Of a DNA stretch of 64,000 nucleotides, positions 24,221 through 36,904 are shown piece by piece. The notes beneath the pieces were generated by a model. It was not told the DNA's origin, made no database searches, and worked only from the letters and a program-made list of their open reading frames with translations. Origin of the DNA: Octopus sinensis (taxonomy: Eukaryota); NCBI RefSeq assembly GCF_006345805.1, contig NC_042998.1:116002001-116066000 (forward strand), in the 5' to 3' direction. Positions within the stretch are counted from its first letter, which is position 1; each line of letters starts with the position of its first letter. The position numbers and the translations under genes are program-made.

Positions 24221-26282
24221 TGTATGAGTGTGTGTGCATTCGTGTGTGTGCTAATGATAAAAATAATGTCAGTCACAAGAATGAGGTATATTTTCTTTAC
24301 GTTATCTATATATAAACACGGAAAGTCTTCATTGCGTTTCAGTCTTTGTCTCGCGCATGATAATTTTTGAACCTCAACTGTAGAGAATCAAGTATTCTAA
24401 AGAACTAATTTCTTGAATGCGATGACTTAAATGTATTTTATTTCACTTCCTTTAGTTTCCTTTCTTTGGAAAATTCAAGGACTTCCAGCACATACATATT
24501 CCAAGGAAAACATCTTTCATTCTCTCTAACTAAGCTGGTTATTATTTATGTAGAATTGCATGCACTGCCAAAAATATTTACTCCTACATGGATAAGCAAA
24601 AATCAACGATTTACTATAAAAATAAAACCCCAGCTGACGAATAATTTCTACGAATTGCGAAATAAGGAACACCAACATAGAATCACAGATGTTTCGGATA
24701 CAAATACACGTACACGCAGGTATATATTCACTTACTAGTTGGACATATGCAATATACCATTGATCTCTGTGTGTCTTGGTACACGTTCAGGTATGCTTGT
24801 GTCTGTATTGTTATTTGTATGTCTTTTTAAGTCCCACATAACCAATTCGATATTTACAGCCTATCGTTTTTACACCATATCGTTTTTATATTGTGCTATA
24901 TGGCCACATTAAGAACTGAAAATATTTATGACCTGTCGGGAACCAAAGTACAACTAACCATTCCTTACCTTTTTATCTTACATCTTCTTTCTTCTACTCA
25001 CACTCCTCTCAGCTATAATTATCCATTTAATTCCCATTAGCGTTTCTACCTGCCAATCCCGCTAAAGTAGTCTAGTATTTAAAAAATTTTTAATGTCACT
25101 GAAGTTTCTGATTTCACACTCCTTGCTTTAGTGTTTAAAAACCATAGCCGTTTACCAAAATTCTTAAAACCTACCCTCATTCCACATTCATACGCAACAT
25201 TTTCATTTCTCTACATATTTTCATTACTGTAGTCACTTTTCTCACTTTCTTTTCATGAGTTTAAGATGAGCGAACGGTTGGAATATGAGGCAAATGATTT
25301 AATATGTCTCAACTATTACGCCTGTATTTTGTCTTAATCTTTCGAAAATGACTAGAATTGTTTTAATATTATTGTGCATTTCCATCCATTTATTAATGAC
25401 TAAATTCGCTAATCTGGTACCAGTTTTCTTGCGCCTCAGTAAAGATGCAAACATATTCCAGCAATTAGATCCTTCTCCATGGGTCATACTTAAGGCGACT
25501 CGGCAGATCATAAATTTAAATTTCCCTGCGGTTTACTTGATTAGTTTCTATCCCTATTCAATGGTACCACATACAAAACATGGGATCCAGACGCGATGCA
25601 GATGATACGATACAGTTGTTCCACAGGTGACCGAGACATCTAGCCAGCAGTAGACCAGGAATAATTGTAGATCCAGGAACCCAGAGTCACAGATGTCAAC
25701 AAAAAGAGTTGGTATGCGGAGATTGAATGTCTAACGACTAGTGTCGGGACGTGGTTGAAATTATGGTGAGGAGGTCGTAGTGCTATAATCAGGTCAGGAA
25801 TATCATTACAGGCTGATGAGAGCTGCTTCTAGTCTCACGTAAACCATTACTGCCTGTATTATGGTCGGGTGGTCGGCGACTAAAGCTGCTCCCATCCACT
25901 TGCATAACTCTCTACTCTTGTAAGGAGTGTGTCTGCACACCTAGAACTAGAAACACGACCCATGGAAGGGCGGAGGAACCGCTAGTGGAACGACTGAATC
26001 CAGTTGGGGAAGGCAACGCCAAACGACCCCAACAAATCTGCAAAGGGAATAATGTGAGAAAGTCAGAACGAAGTAATACTATAGCTTCATCCGATGGGAG
26101 ACCTCACATTTCATCGGGAGGAGGTTGATGGTAGTGTCATCATCATGATGCAAAAGTATACGATACATGACGACATTATATACTTATCTTTGCGTAAATA
26201 TGTGTATATGTATATGTGTATGTATGTATTCACACATGCATACACATATATGCATATAGATGCATATGTAAGTGTATATAAA

Positions 26283-26572
26283 AGTGGCGCTCTGTCGGTT
26301 ACGACGGCACGGGTTCCAGTTGATCTGATCAACGGAGCAGCCTGCTTGTATAATTTACATGCAAGTGGCTGAGTACTCGTGCCTTTAACGTAGTTCTCAG
26401 GCAGCCAAGGCTGGTCCATTGGAATACAGTACTACTCATTTTTGCCAGCTAAGCGGACTGAGGTAGTGTGAAATAAAATAACTTTCTCAAGGACACAACA
26501 AACCACCGGCAATCGAACTAACGAATTTACGATTATGAACCGAATATCTTAACCACTAAACCATGTGCTTTC
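26283..26572 (-). mobile_element. tRNA-derived SINE, family C
   Basis: Head rc: CACATGGTTTAGTGGTTAAGATATTCGGTTCATAATCG...TAGTTCGATTGCCGG; body GGGTTCCAGTTGATC...GCAAGTGGCTGAGTACTC shared with the 51.4-kb copy. Confidence 0.78.
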
Positions 26573-27580
26573 ATTAAGTGTATGTGTGTGTGTGTGAGCG
26601 TCTATGTGCATATGTGTGTATCTGTATGTTTGTGATCGTCGGTATATTTTTGTATGTGCTTAGATCTGTGAATCTGTATCTGTCATTGTGAGAGTTCCTG
26701 TAAATGCATATTCTGTCTTTGCGTATTCATGTGCAGTTGAGTATGCTTTAACGAATGATGCACACACATACACATATAAAAAAAATCAAGCACACACACA
26801 CACACACATATACATATCCCATAAATACTGTTTCATATGAGCGACGAAAAGATATTTGAATTGAATTTCTGTATTTCCCTTATAGCAATTAAACCAACCA
26901 ATTTCTGGATCGATATTCAACTGTGGAATATTACAAGTTCCAATCTTTTGCGATCTCTATAAGATGGATCACATGATGATTGTCTTCACGGTTACACAAA
27001 GAAATTTAACCATTATCTATGCCATCAGAGAGTAGTTTATCGGCAAGGCTCCAACATTCTAAAAGCGAAGGTCACTCCAACCGGCATTCACTATTGATGT
27101 TTCTGTATTGTTCAGTCAAACCATTTGTAACGGAAACTACTGGATATTATCCAGGGAAAATGCATTTTCTATAGAAAATCGACAACTATATTCAAATATA
27201 TACGTATAGTGCGCATTATGCATATATACAAATGCACTAATTGGCACACATGCACGTACATACACATATATAAGCACACTCGTATCTACGTACCCACAAC
27301 CACATCGAATATAATCATGTACTCCGATGTGAATCTGTATGTACATGTTATGCGCATGTCTGATTTCATATATGTTGTACGTGTGATATTGCTTCAACAA
27401 GTGTAGGTTGAAAGATGTTAATGTGTATATATATATTAAAGCGCTCCCACTTGTGCATGTCTGTTTATATGAACGTATAAACGTATACACGGTGTTGTGA
27501 TTAAGTGTGCGTGTGTTTGCGTCAGTTTATAAGTGCATAGTGTGCATGTGTGTGTGTGCAAGGAAGAGAGAGAACGGGGC

Positions 27581-27628
<48 letters not shown>

Positions 27629-28329
27629 GAGATTGTATTTGTTGCAATGGGAATGATCGTATCATTATTAAGGAAACTATTCTTTAGAATTTCGATAAAA
27701 ATTATTGCGAAGCACTGAATATAAAAGATGCATTAACGTAAGGTGATTTGCGAGGACATGATATTTTCGTAGAGTCCCTTGCAATACAGTTAGAACTCTA
27801 TAGTTCCCACTTCCTCCAGCACCTTCCATAAACTATCAGTGCCGCCACTTCATGAAGTGAATTGTTATTGGCCTGTGCAGCTGTAGATGGTGGGCAAATG
27901 TGGATTAATTTGATTTAATCGCTAAAATGTGTTTCTTGTTTATTATCGAAACTCGATAGTTGATCGAATATATTTCGTGTACACTGAGCATTGCTTATTT
28001 TAACAATGTGCAGTATTAGGAGTAAGTCTTCCATCTTTAATCATGTTTTTAATAGCCACAGAAAAGTCGTATTTTAAATTCAAATACACACAGACACACA
28101 TATACACTCTCTGGGCATCTGTCTGCCACACTCAGAAGCGCATACACATGTTCATCTTTTTCTGTATTTGAATATATACATATATGAGCATATGTGTAAC
28201 TAGACAGCTAAAAGTTTATTCAGGCACAATCGGCCAAAGACAAAGCGGAAAACGATCATAACTTTCTATTGTCCCCTAATGGAGTAAGACTTTTAGTCAT
28301 ACTCTTTGTTCTTGATGTAGTAGACAAGA

Positions 28330-28720
28330 AGCTGGGGCTTCCATCACAGTGCGTAAGACCAAAATGCTTCAGAGTAGGACAGCATTAACCACCTGCCCTT
28401 GATGTGAACATATTAGGCTCAAAGTGTCAATTCCCGACAACAGCTTACATCTATTAAATAGTTTGGTATCATTTGAAATGTGCAATAAAAATCTTTGAGT
28501 ACGAAGCTTTAAAACCGAGAGATTCAAATTGATGCACAGTTTCTAACATATTAGGCAAATATTATAACCACAGCGCTGTACGGATCATAAAGAGAAGTGT
28601 TCAGAGAACTGGGTTTCCGGAGTGTTTTTAACCAGCATTGCCTTTGTGGTATTCTCAATGTCAGGTTGAAGGATTACAGAACCAGCAACGAGGCAACAAA
28701 AATGTTGATCGATGCCTTCA
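28330..28720 (+). mobile_element. Highly decayed RTE-type LINE 3' RT relic
   Basis: ALYGS and NQHCLCGILNVRLKDYRTSNE resemble RTE LLYGSETW...HQRCLRRILxIxWxDxxxNEEV. Confidence 0.45.
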
Positions 28721-29364
28721 AATGCCACATAGAAATACTATTCTGCAACCACATTTCTACACTTTGTTTGTGAACTAATACAGGCACGTGCGCACACAAA
28801 CCAACAGACATACATAAATGCATACATACATATATACATACATACATATATACATACATACATACATACATACATACATACATACATACCTATATACATA
28901 AATACACTCATATACACATATATTTGGTGAGGACTCAATCAGTGGTTATAATCTGATGACTGTAATAAAGCCAAAATTCCGAATTCACAGATTATTCCAT
29001 GTAAAAATACGATACACTACTTTTATGTATGCGTTTATACTAATACTACTGTGTGCGTGTGATGCAGATGGCTGTCTCACAAAAAGGTATAAACATCGGT
29101 GAGACTTCCAGTAAGCCAATATTTCATTCAAATAATCTATATCTGATCCGGCACTTTTTAAAAATATTTTCAATTTTGGTTGCTGCAAATTATTGTGAAA
29201 GACAATTGTCTCGTTAGAAGCATGTAATACAGGAAAAACGTTTTGAGAAAATTCTATAACATAATATTAAAAATTAGCTATACAAATTATATCATAGATA
29301 TATCTAATTCTGTAATTATTTGATATTGCTAAAAAATATTTTAATCACGTCTTATATTACTAAC

Positions 29365-29526
29365 CTCGATTGAAAGTGGAGCCAAAAAGGCGAACAATTG
29401 TGGGGGCTGTTTTTCGGGTTTCTTAAACAGAATGGTGATTCCGACATTAAGGAAAGGTTTGGTAAAGTCAATTACTTTCTCTCTCAGGTAAGTGATCGAC
29501 ATGCCTCCCACGGCCAAATCAGCATT
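29365..29526 (-). CDS. Ionotropic glutamate receptor, next exon (end of S1, linker and pre-M1 helix)
   Basis: 162-bp phase 0-0 exon read by hand (not in ORF track), acceptor tatcttttcag|AAT, donor GAG|gttagt. Translation NADLAVGGMSITYLREKVIDFTKPFLNVGITILFKKPEKQPPQLFAFLAPLSIE continues in frame from the 54.7-kb exon and matches ADLAVAPLTITxxRExVIDFxKPFxxxGISIL..KP....LFxFLxPLS. Confidence 0.96.
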
Positions 29527-29588
29527 CTGAAAAGATAAATAAAACGGATTAAATTTAAGGAAACATTAATTGACCCATTCATTTATGC

Positions 29589-29589
<1 letters not shown>

Positions 29590-29619
<30 letters not shown>

Positions 29620-29672
29620 TGTATGTATGTATGTATGTATGTATGTATGTATGTATCTATCTATCTATCAAC

Positions 29673-29751
<79 letters not shown>

Positions 29752-29785
29752 ATTTCTAGCTAGCTAGCTATCTGTCTGTCTGTGC
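29590..29785. repeat. Compound (TATG)n(TCTA)n(TAGC)n(TCTG)n microsatellite about 65 bp upstream of the iGluR acceptor
   Basis: Direct inspection. Confidence 0.95.
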
Positions 29786-30481
29786 ACGCGATTGTGTATG
29801 TTAAATTGGAAATCCATTTGTACTAACAAATTATCAACCGACGCAGTGAATTTCTCTCAGATGCATGTGCATGAGCAAATACGTAGTTTAGTGCGCATGA
29901 ATTCATTGTACGCATGAACATAGTACACTTTTTTTTTCTGTCCACACTTTCTCTCTCTCATTCTTCATAACACACGCGCGCGCATATACTTATGATAGCT
30001 GCTGACTCGTTATCGAATACAACTAACTTTCTGGAAAGAAATCCTGATGAAATTAAATGTTATGCCATTTACATTATGAAACAGACATACTTTACATTAA
30101 GTCTATGACCCACGTCCTCTCCTATATACCGTTTTAATGTTTCAAATTTTAGAAAATAATCAGCCATTATTTCTTGGATAAGGAGCTCTTTATGGCAATA
30201 TACAATTATACATACATTCACTTTTTCTAACAAACACACACACGGGCGCACACGTGTAAACACACATAAATTAACAAAACCGGTGGATTTTTGGACACAT
30301 TACCTTCATAAAATAAAAAAAGAGATTATACTAAAATAATTAGTAAGCGTATTGGACTATATTTTATAACCGGTGAGTGTATAGATTGCAGTGGGGTGTA
30401 TGTTAGAATAATAAAAACTGACCATCTAAATACAGTTTTGAGTTATCATAGTTCGAGGACATTTTGTTTTTGTTTGTTTGT

Positions 30482-30776
30482 TCCTTCTCGAGCCATGCCG
30501 GGCTCATATGGGCTGGTTTCCCGATTTCTTGGCGTATAGTTTCCCAACCTGTACGGGACGCCGGTCCGTCGCAGGTGAGCTGCAAGATGCAGGAGGAAAA
30601 AGTCAGAGAAAGTTGTGGCGAAAGAGTCAGCAGAAGTTCGCCATTACCTTCTGCCGGAGCCGCGTGGAGCTTAGGTGTTTCGCTCATAAGCACACACACC
30701 GCCCGGTCTGAGATTTGAACCCGCGATCCCTCGACCGCGAGTCCGCTGCTCTAACCATTAGGTCATGTGCTTCCAC
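30482..30776 (-). mobile_element. tRNA-derived SINE, well preserved
   Basis: Head rc: GGAAGCACATGACCTAATGGTTAGAGCAGCGGACTCGCGGTCGAGGGATCGCGGGTTCAAATCTCAG; body shared with 51590-51772. Confidence 0.82.
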
Positions 30777-30869
30777 TGAGGACAATAGACGGAATGGGAG
30801 TAACAAAATTAGCACTAGGGGATAAAGTGTGACGCACAGAAAAGGCCAGAGTATAGTTGTTGTCAATTG

Positions 30870-31077
30870 CTTTCAAGTTTTGGTACAAGGCCAGAAATTT
30901 TGAGGGAGAAATAGGTGGATTACATCGATTACAGTGCTCAACTAGTACATATTTTAATCGACCCCGAAAGGATGAAAGACAAAATCAACTTCGGTGGAAT
31001 TTGAAGTCAGAACGAAAAGAGGAACGAGACGGGGCTAAGCATTTCATAATGCTAACGAGTCTGCCAGTTCCTCGCCA
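30870..31077 (-). mobile_element. SINE family B
   Basis: CGACCCCGAAAGGATGAAAGACAAAATCAACTTCGGTGGAATTTGAA matches family B rc. Confidence 0.78.
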
Positions 31078-32479
31078 TAATGTATGATAATGTTGATAAA
31101 GAATAAGAAATCATGTCTGTGTACCAGAGTTGTGTCAGCATCGTGTGTTAATATAGGAGTGAGTTTTGATATATATTTATATCTATATTTGTGTGTGTGC
31201 ATGTGTGCATGTATGTGTACGTGTTTGTGTGTGTGATAATATGAAATATTTGAAGTGTAAAAGTGCGATTTATTTAAAATGACTTTGTAATAGTAGCAGT
31301 TAGTATTAATAAAAACTAAAACCAAAATTCTTATAAGAAGCGTAATGTTGAGCAATCTTAGTATAACGTCTGAATATGTAGTTTTTCATTGTATAAGAAA
31401 ATTAATTCAATGATCTGAATATAAAACTTGTATTGTATATTGTTACGAAAACGTAAAAACAATTCGAACAATATTCTGTATTTTGAAAAATATTTAATTG
31501 AGTCTAACTATGTAGTGGAACATATTAAAGTAAGGAATAATTTATACCATAATCAAAATGTAAGATGTATTTTATTCCATATGAAGCGATGAATTAAAAG
31601 GAAAGTTAGAAAATAAATAATTTGGTGAGAAGAAATGTAAAGGGAACGAGCCCGAGTTTATATAGATGACCATTCTTAATTCGAATAAATTTTAATTAAA
31701 ATAAACAAATCATTGTAGATGAATTCAAAACAACCTTCGTAATGCAGAATTTCTGTTCGGTATATTCTTTCAGAATAAATTCATTTCATCAGCATTGTTT
31801 CAAGTAAACGAATATCAGAGCTTCAATTATTTTAGCTAAATGTGCTAGAAGTTCTTGGGCAGTGTGTCGTCGCGTGATCCACTTTCACTATGCAGTTTGA
31901 TATTACATTGAAAGCATTACTTAAACATTGTTTCAAATTAACAGTTGCTGCCAGAATGCCCAGGACCATATAGAATGTGTTTGATTTCTAATGTTGATTT
32001 GATTAAAATTCTTATCGCTTTTTGTTGTACTGCAACGCTATCTATAGACAATCGCTTTAGTGTTTTATCTTCCATTCAAAAGCAAAGAAATGCTACCATA
32101 TTTTCCATAATATTAATACGTATCTATGAATGCTTTGAACTGACTGAATATCCCGCTATTATTTTGATTTCCAGCATTCTACATCTCTTATTTGTTATAA
32201 ACAGTTGATCCGTTATTTAGATCAAATGAACCAGCAGTTTCTATCGAACGTATGGCGTTTTGAAGCTGATATTTTGCAGAAAAGACAGTGGAGCTAAAAA
32301 ACATTATATATATATATAATATGTCATAAGTAGTTGGTTGTTATAATAAAACTCTGTAATGCTCGTGTACCGCCATGATTTTGTACTTTTACATACTTTT
32401 TGACTGATTTTGTCAGGGTGATGAGATGTCATATCGCCACTTCTGTATATGCTTCTTGCCTTGGTTGTTGGCCCGTTTG

Positions 32480-33440
32480 GTGCATGAATGAGTTTAACAC
32501 TGCATCCCTCAATTGTATCACATGGCGAGCCGTTGGTTCATCCGTTTTGAAACCATCACGCCCACGTAGTGTAGGTTTTTAATTTGTTTTGGCAAGGCAT
32601 TTAAGAGCTGTGGGCCTTTGAAACTTTGGGTTTTGCAGTACCTTGTCCTGAATTTAGACGGGGCGGATGGAACATTTCGTACAATGCAATGGCGTCCTGT
32701 TCAGTCATTTGTATAACACTCGATGACGAAATTAGGTACTAGCTCTTTCAGAATCTTTCAAATGTATTACATACATCTCGTGTCTACACTCCTGGGAGTA
32801 AAGTCGTAGATATTTAAACCCCTCCCTGTGGTTCATCAGCGGCAATGTTACAATATATGTAGTGTAGTGATGTCGGCCTGCTATGCGGTGACCACAGATA
32901 TGAGTAGTAGTCCAGGCGGCTGAGAACAAACATCTTTCACAGTGTCAACACGACTCTTTGATCCCTTGTTTTGGAGGACCTTTGTGTGCATCCTGCCAGT
33001 TGTCTGCACATGCAAGTAGTGTGCATATGAAGTGATGCATCATTACGCTTACTGATCTTCAAATCCTTCCGTGACTCTGAGATTTCAGTGACTTCGGTCC
33101 TTCTATATGCAGATTGTGGTGCATTTGTGAACTGATAGCGCAGTGCTTGAGAATTTCCAGCATTAATCTGCTTGTTGCATTCTTCAAACTACTTGTATAT
33201 TGCATGTAAGCTTGCGAGATCGTCTGGGTTTTTATTGCCCGTGATAGTTTTGCATCATCGGCGAAGCTATTGAGAGTAGCTGTCTGAGTGGCCACGAGCA
33301 CGTCTAAGAGAGCTATTATAAACAATTCATTGGGGAATGTCATTCAGAATTTGTTTCATCAAAGAAGACACCATTTGCTGTAGCTGCCTCACTTCTATCT
33401 TTTAGGAAGTCATGCAGCCACTATCCCAGTTTACCAGATA
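32480..33440 (-). mobile_element. CR1-type LINE relic (RT C-terminal half)
   Basis: LFIIALLDV...SFADDAKLSRAIK and 3' GRHCIV...FKGPQLLNALPKQIKNL; many stops. Confidence 0.7.
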
Positions 33441-33444
33441 TAGT

Positions 33445-33790
33445 TCTGTTACTTTCTTTCAATTGTTTCAGTGATTAAACTGCGAAAATGCTGAGGCACC
33501 TACTGGAAACATTTTAGTCAAGCGAATGAAGCTTAGAACTTATTTTTAAAACCTGATACTACTTACATTTTCGGTTCTTTTGTCGGATCACTAGGTTACA
33601 ATTGTTAAACAGTAGTGAGCTACAAACACAAAGGCACTCACAAAACATGCAAACACAAACATACATACGCAGTTCCCCTCTACAAAATTCCCTTGGAAGG
33701 ATTTGTCCGACACAAGTCTATAATAGAAGACGCTTGTGCAAGGTGTCAAGCAGTGGAAACCTATGCCGTAACCATGTGGTTGTGATGTAA
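33445..33790 (-). mobile_element. SINE family A, degenerate
   Basis: TAATAGAAGACGCTTGTGCAAGGTG...AACCATGTGGTTG matches family A. Confidence 0.65.
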
Positions 33791-34391
33791 AGCAGCATTC
33801 TGTACTCTATATATTGGGTTGGAAGTGTCGAGAAATATATAGTACCAATGCAAAATAATATTTAGGAAAGTTTATGCCAATGGAGTTTAAGAAATAAATG
33901 AAGAGTAAGCGGTGAATAATAATTTTTAAAAATATTAACCAATATATAATTAAAGAAATTGTTAATGTTAAATAAGCAGAGATATATAATTTGATAGGCA
34001 TTTTCAGTAGAATATTTAATAATTAAATGTGCATAAACATAGATGGGCCAACGGGAAAATTAAGTTAAACTAAAAATAGTTAACTATATAAAGATAAGAT
34101 GTTATAAAATATAAAAATTCTTGGTCATATTCTTTTTCATTAACAGAAAAGTTTCGATTAAATAATACTTAAATTGAAAAACGCTTTTTATCGAAATACA
34201 TTATGGAAATTAGGTATAAATACCGTAATTTTTAATTATGAATTACAGTTATTAAATTCAGACTCCCCACAAAAAAGATATATTATCTAAATAAATGAAA
34301 TTAGTTTCGTTATACGATATATTAAGAAATTTAACCCGAATTCTCTCTATATTTTTTAATACAAAATATTGATATATGTCGTTTTATATTA

Positions 34392-34588
34392 GTTTTGGGA
34401 TGGGACCAGCAATATCGGGGTACGGTTAAGTCGACTACAACAGTTCCAGTGCTCAACTAGTACTTATTTCATCGAACCCGAAAGGATGAAAGACAAAGTC
34501 GACCTTGGCGGAAATCGAACTTGAAGACAGACAAAATGTCGCTAAGAATTTGGCTAGGGGTGCTAATGGTTCTACTAGCTCACCGTCT
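34392..34588 (-). mobile_element. SINE family B
   Basis: CCCGAAAGGATGAAAGACAAAGTCGACCTTGGCGGAA matches family B rc. Confidence 0.78.
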
Positions 34589-35046
34589 TAATGCCTTTTA
34601 CTTCAAAACCAAAAACATTTATGTTCCCTTATGTAAGTATCTTTGAATTTACTCCACTTAAATCTTTTTATAGACAACATAAGGCTAATATTCTACAACA
34701 TCAATATTCTAATATCAGTTTGTTTCACCTTTGTTAAAGATGGCTAAGTAACATGATTATTTATAGGGCTCCCATTTTTCATATTTCTTTAACTTTTGAA
34801 ATACTCATTTATGTAAATGAGTTTTCCACTGTCTCGTTTTAATATGCTTATCCGGATGTATATATAAAAATTTTGAATTTAGTTCACGGACAACTAGGGT
34901 TCCGCGGACCTCAGATGTAGCTTGTTACCCTGGGTAAGGCCATAAAGAGTAAAACACACCCACTACTTATTACACGGTTCCTTATGGCTAATACATACAT
35001 ACATACATACATACATACATACAGACATACATACATACATACATAC

Positions 35047-36248
35047 ATATATAAAGCTGAAGTTGTCTGTGTGTGTGTGTGTGTGTGACAGGTTTAGTAG
35101 CCTTCAACTAACAGTATCTCCTGCGGCGGAAATTGACAAAATTGAGAGTATGATAGAAGGCTTGTTCTTCATTCTGTAAAAGAAAAAAAATCAAATTGGA
35201 CTATGTTAAGACTAAAAATTATTTACATCAAAAAGGTGCTATTTTTTACGATTTTTTGACTGCTGTGTCGCCATTTTCGGTGTATTTCAACCAGAAAAAT
35301 GTTCACTTATAGAGAATAACAAGCTACGTAATGCAAAAGTTTTACTTTTTAAAAATTCCAATTCTAAAGGGTCGAAAATAATTTTTTTGTGATGTCATTG
35401 GTTCTGAGCGAACGACGGATCAGCTGATCCAATGCAGAGGAGTAATATTCGCTGCGTGAATGCACTAATACTAATATACTTATCTTTTCTAGAATATATG
35501 TGAAACTTCCTTGAATGATCAATGCTAAATCAGTGTCTTTGTAATACTGTGCATAAAGGAGTTTTGTACATCATTGGAGCTGCGGTTTTCTGTTCTGTAT
35601 CTCGGGCAACAAAAGTAGGAGTGATGTTTATACTTCGTTCATTATGCTGATGAAGTTCACGCTGAACTCGAAACACTTGCTTAGATTAGATTAGCTCATG
35701 CTGAGCATCATTCTCAGCAGCACATCATTCTCGGTTGAATGAGAAGATGCAATGTTAACGGCGCTTCTTTTTTGTTGGTTTAAGCGATTCTTATTTGTGG
35801 GTGTGGCACTCGTAGCAGTTGTGCGATCTGCATGCTGTTATTCTCAAGTCAAAACTTCAATGGGTATGTTTTCATTTTACAGATGTTTTTAGTTATACGT
35901 GGTGTAAACTAGTCGATTTTATTCATTTTACAGGTACAACAACGATTCATGTTGCCCACCCGTTTGACTTCAAAATAATTTTTTTTTGTAACCACAAACT
36001 GTTCTTACCAACGTTTCGGATTTTCCTTTACTTTTTCTTAATGGATACTGTTGCAGTGTTAACTTCTTAAAATATTTTCAATGCAGTCCGAAACTTGAGT
36101 TTCATTTTGCTTTAAATCTACAGGTACTTTTTTTCTCCATAATGATAATAGAAGGAATATTAACCAACGATACCAACAATTTAAGTCGGCATTACTCATT
36201 TGCAGCACATTCAGAGCAAACTGGAGCATCGCCACACTATATTGCTAG
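35047..36248 (+). mobile_element. Putative non-autonomous Helitron
   Basis: 5' TATATAAAGCTGAAGTTGTCTG(TG)n resembles the 5' end of the 43.5-kb Helitron, and the 3' end is GCTAG|T. The 5' TC and 3' hairpin are degraded. Confidence 0.5.
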
Positions 36249-36256
36249 TGTATATA

Positions 36257-36309
<53 letters not shown>

Positions 36310-36439
36310 TATATATTTACATATATATGTATGTATGTATGTATATATATATATGCATGTATGTATATATATATATGTATGTATGTGTATATATATGTAT
36401 ATGTGTATATATATATATATAAATTATTTCTTTATACCT

Positions 36440-36470
<31 letters not shown>

Positions 36471-36477
<7 letters not shown>

Positions 36478-36904
36478 AGGGATAAAGAAATAATTTTATT
36501 CTCAAATGTAGGATAATGCTAATAATGCTAATAATATAGCATGAGGAAGATAAACTATCCATATTTGCTGAAAAATCTGTCGGCGGCCAGCCATGAGACT
36601 CCAACTCACATCAATGTGTTTACGCGTCCACTGCCTTACCATTAAGCTAAACTGCCTCAAAGACAAATTCTTTAGCGCCTTATAAATCTAGATTTATATA
36701 TCCTAAATTTGCAGAAGAATTTGTCGTTGGGTCACTTTAGGTTGATGGTAAAATACTGGACACATAATCACATGTATGTGAGTTCGAGTGTCACGGCTGA
36801 CCGTCGACAGATTCTTCTGCAAAATAAGGATAGTTTATCCTGTTCATGCTTAATATTAGCATTATCCTGCGTTTGAGAATAAACTTATTTCCCTATCTGT
36901 ATCT
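36471..36904. repeat. ~430-bp imperfect palindrome containing two divergent tRNA-like units (36585-36656 minus; 36730-36802 plus)
   Basis: Arms pair along their length (TTATTCTCAAATGTAGGATAATGCTAATA / TATTAGCATTATCCTGCGTTTGAGAATAA; GATAAACTATCC / GGATAGTTTATC); centre ATAAATCTAGATTTAT. The 72-73-nt units have A-box (TAGCTTAATGG) and B-box (GTTCGAGT)-like motifs. Confidence 0.8.

Noticed and set aside
27137-27200. ENAFSLDN resembling the iGluR pre-M2 ENxFxLxNS motif
   Set aside because: Followed at once by a stop; no WF/QQG and no upstream M1 or SPYEW.
36585-36802. Functional tRNA genes (Thr-CGT / Met-CAT)
   Set aside because: Stem mismatches, no U33, discordant anticodons and placement in a palindrome; treated as tRNA-derived repeat units.
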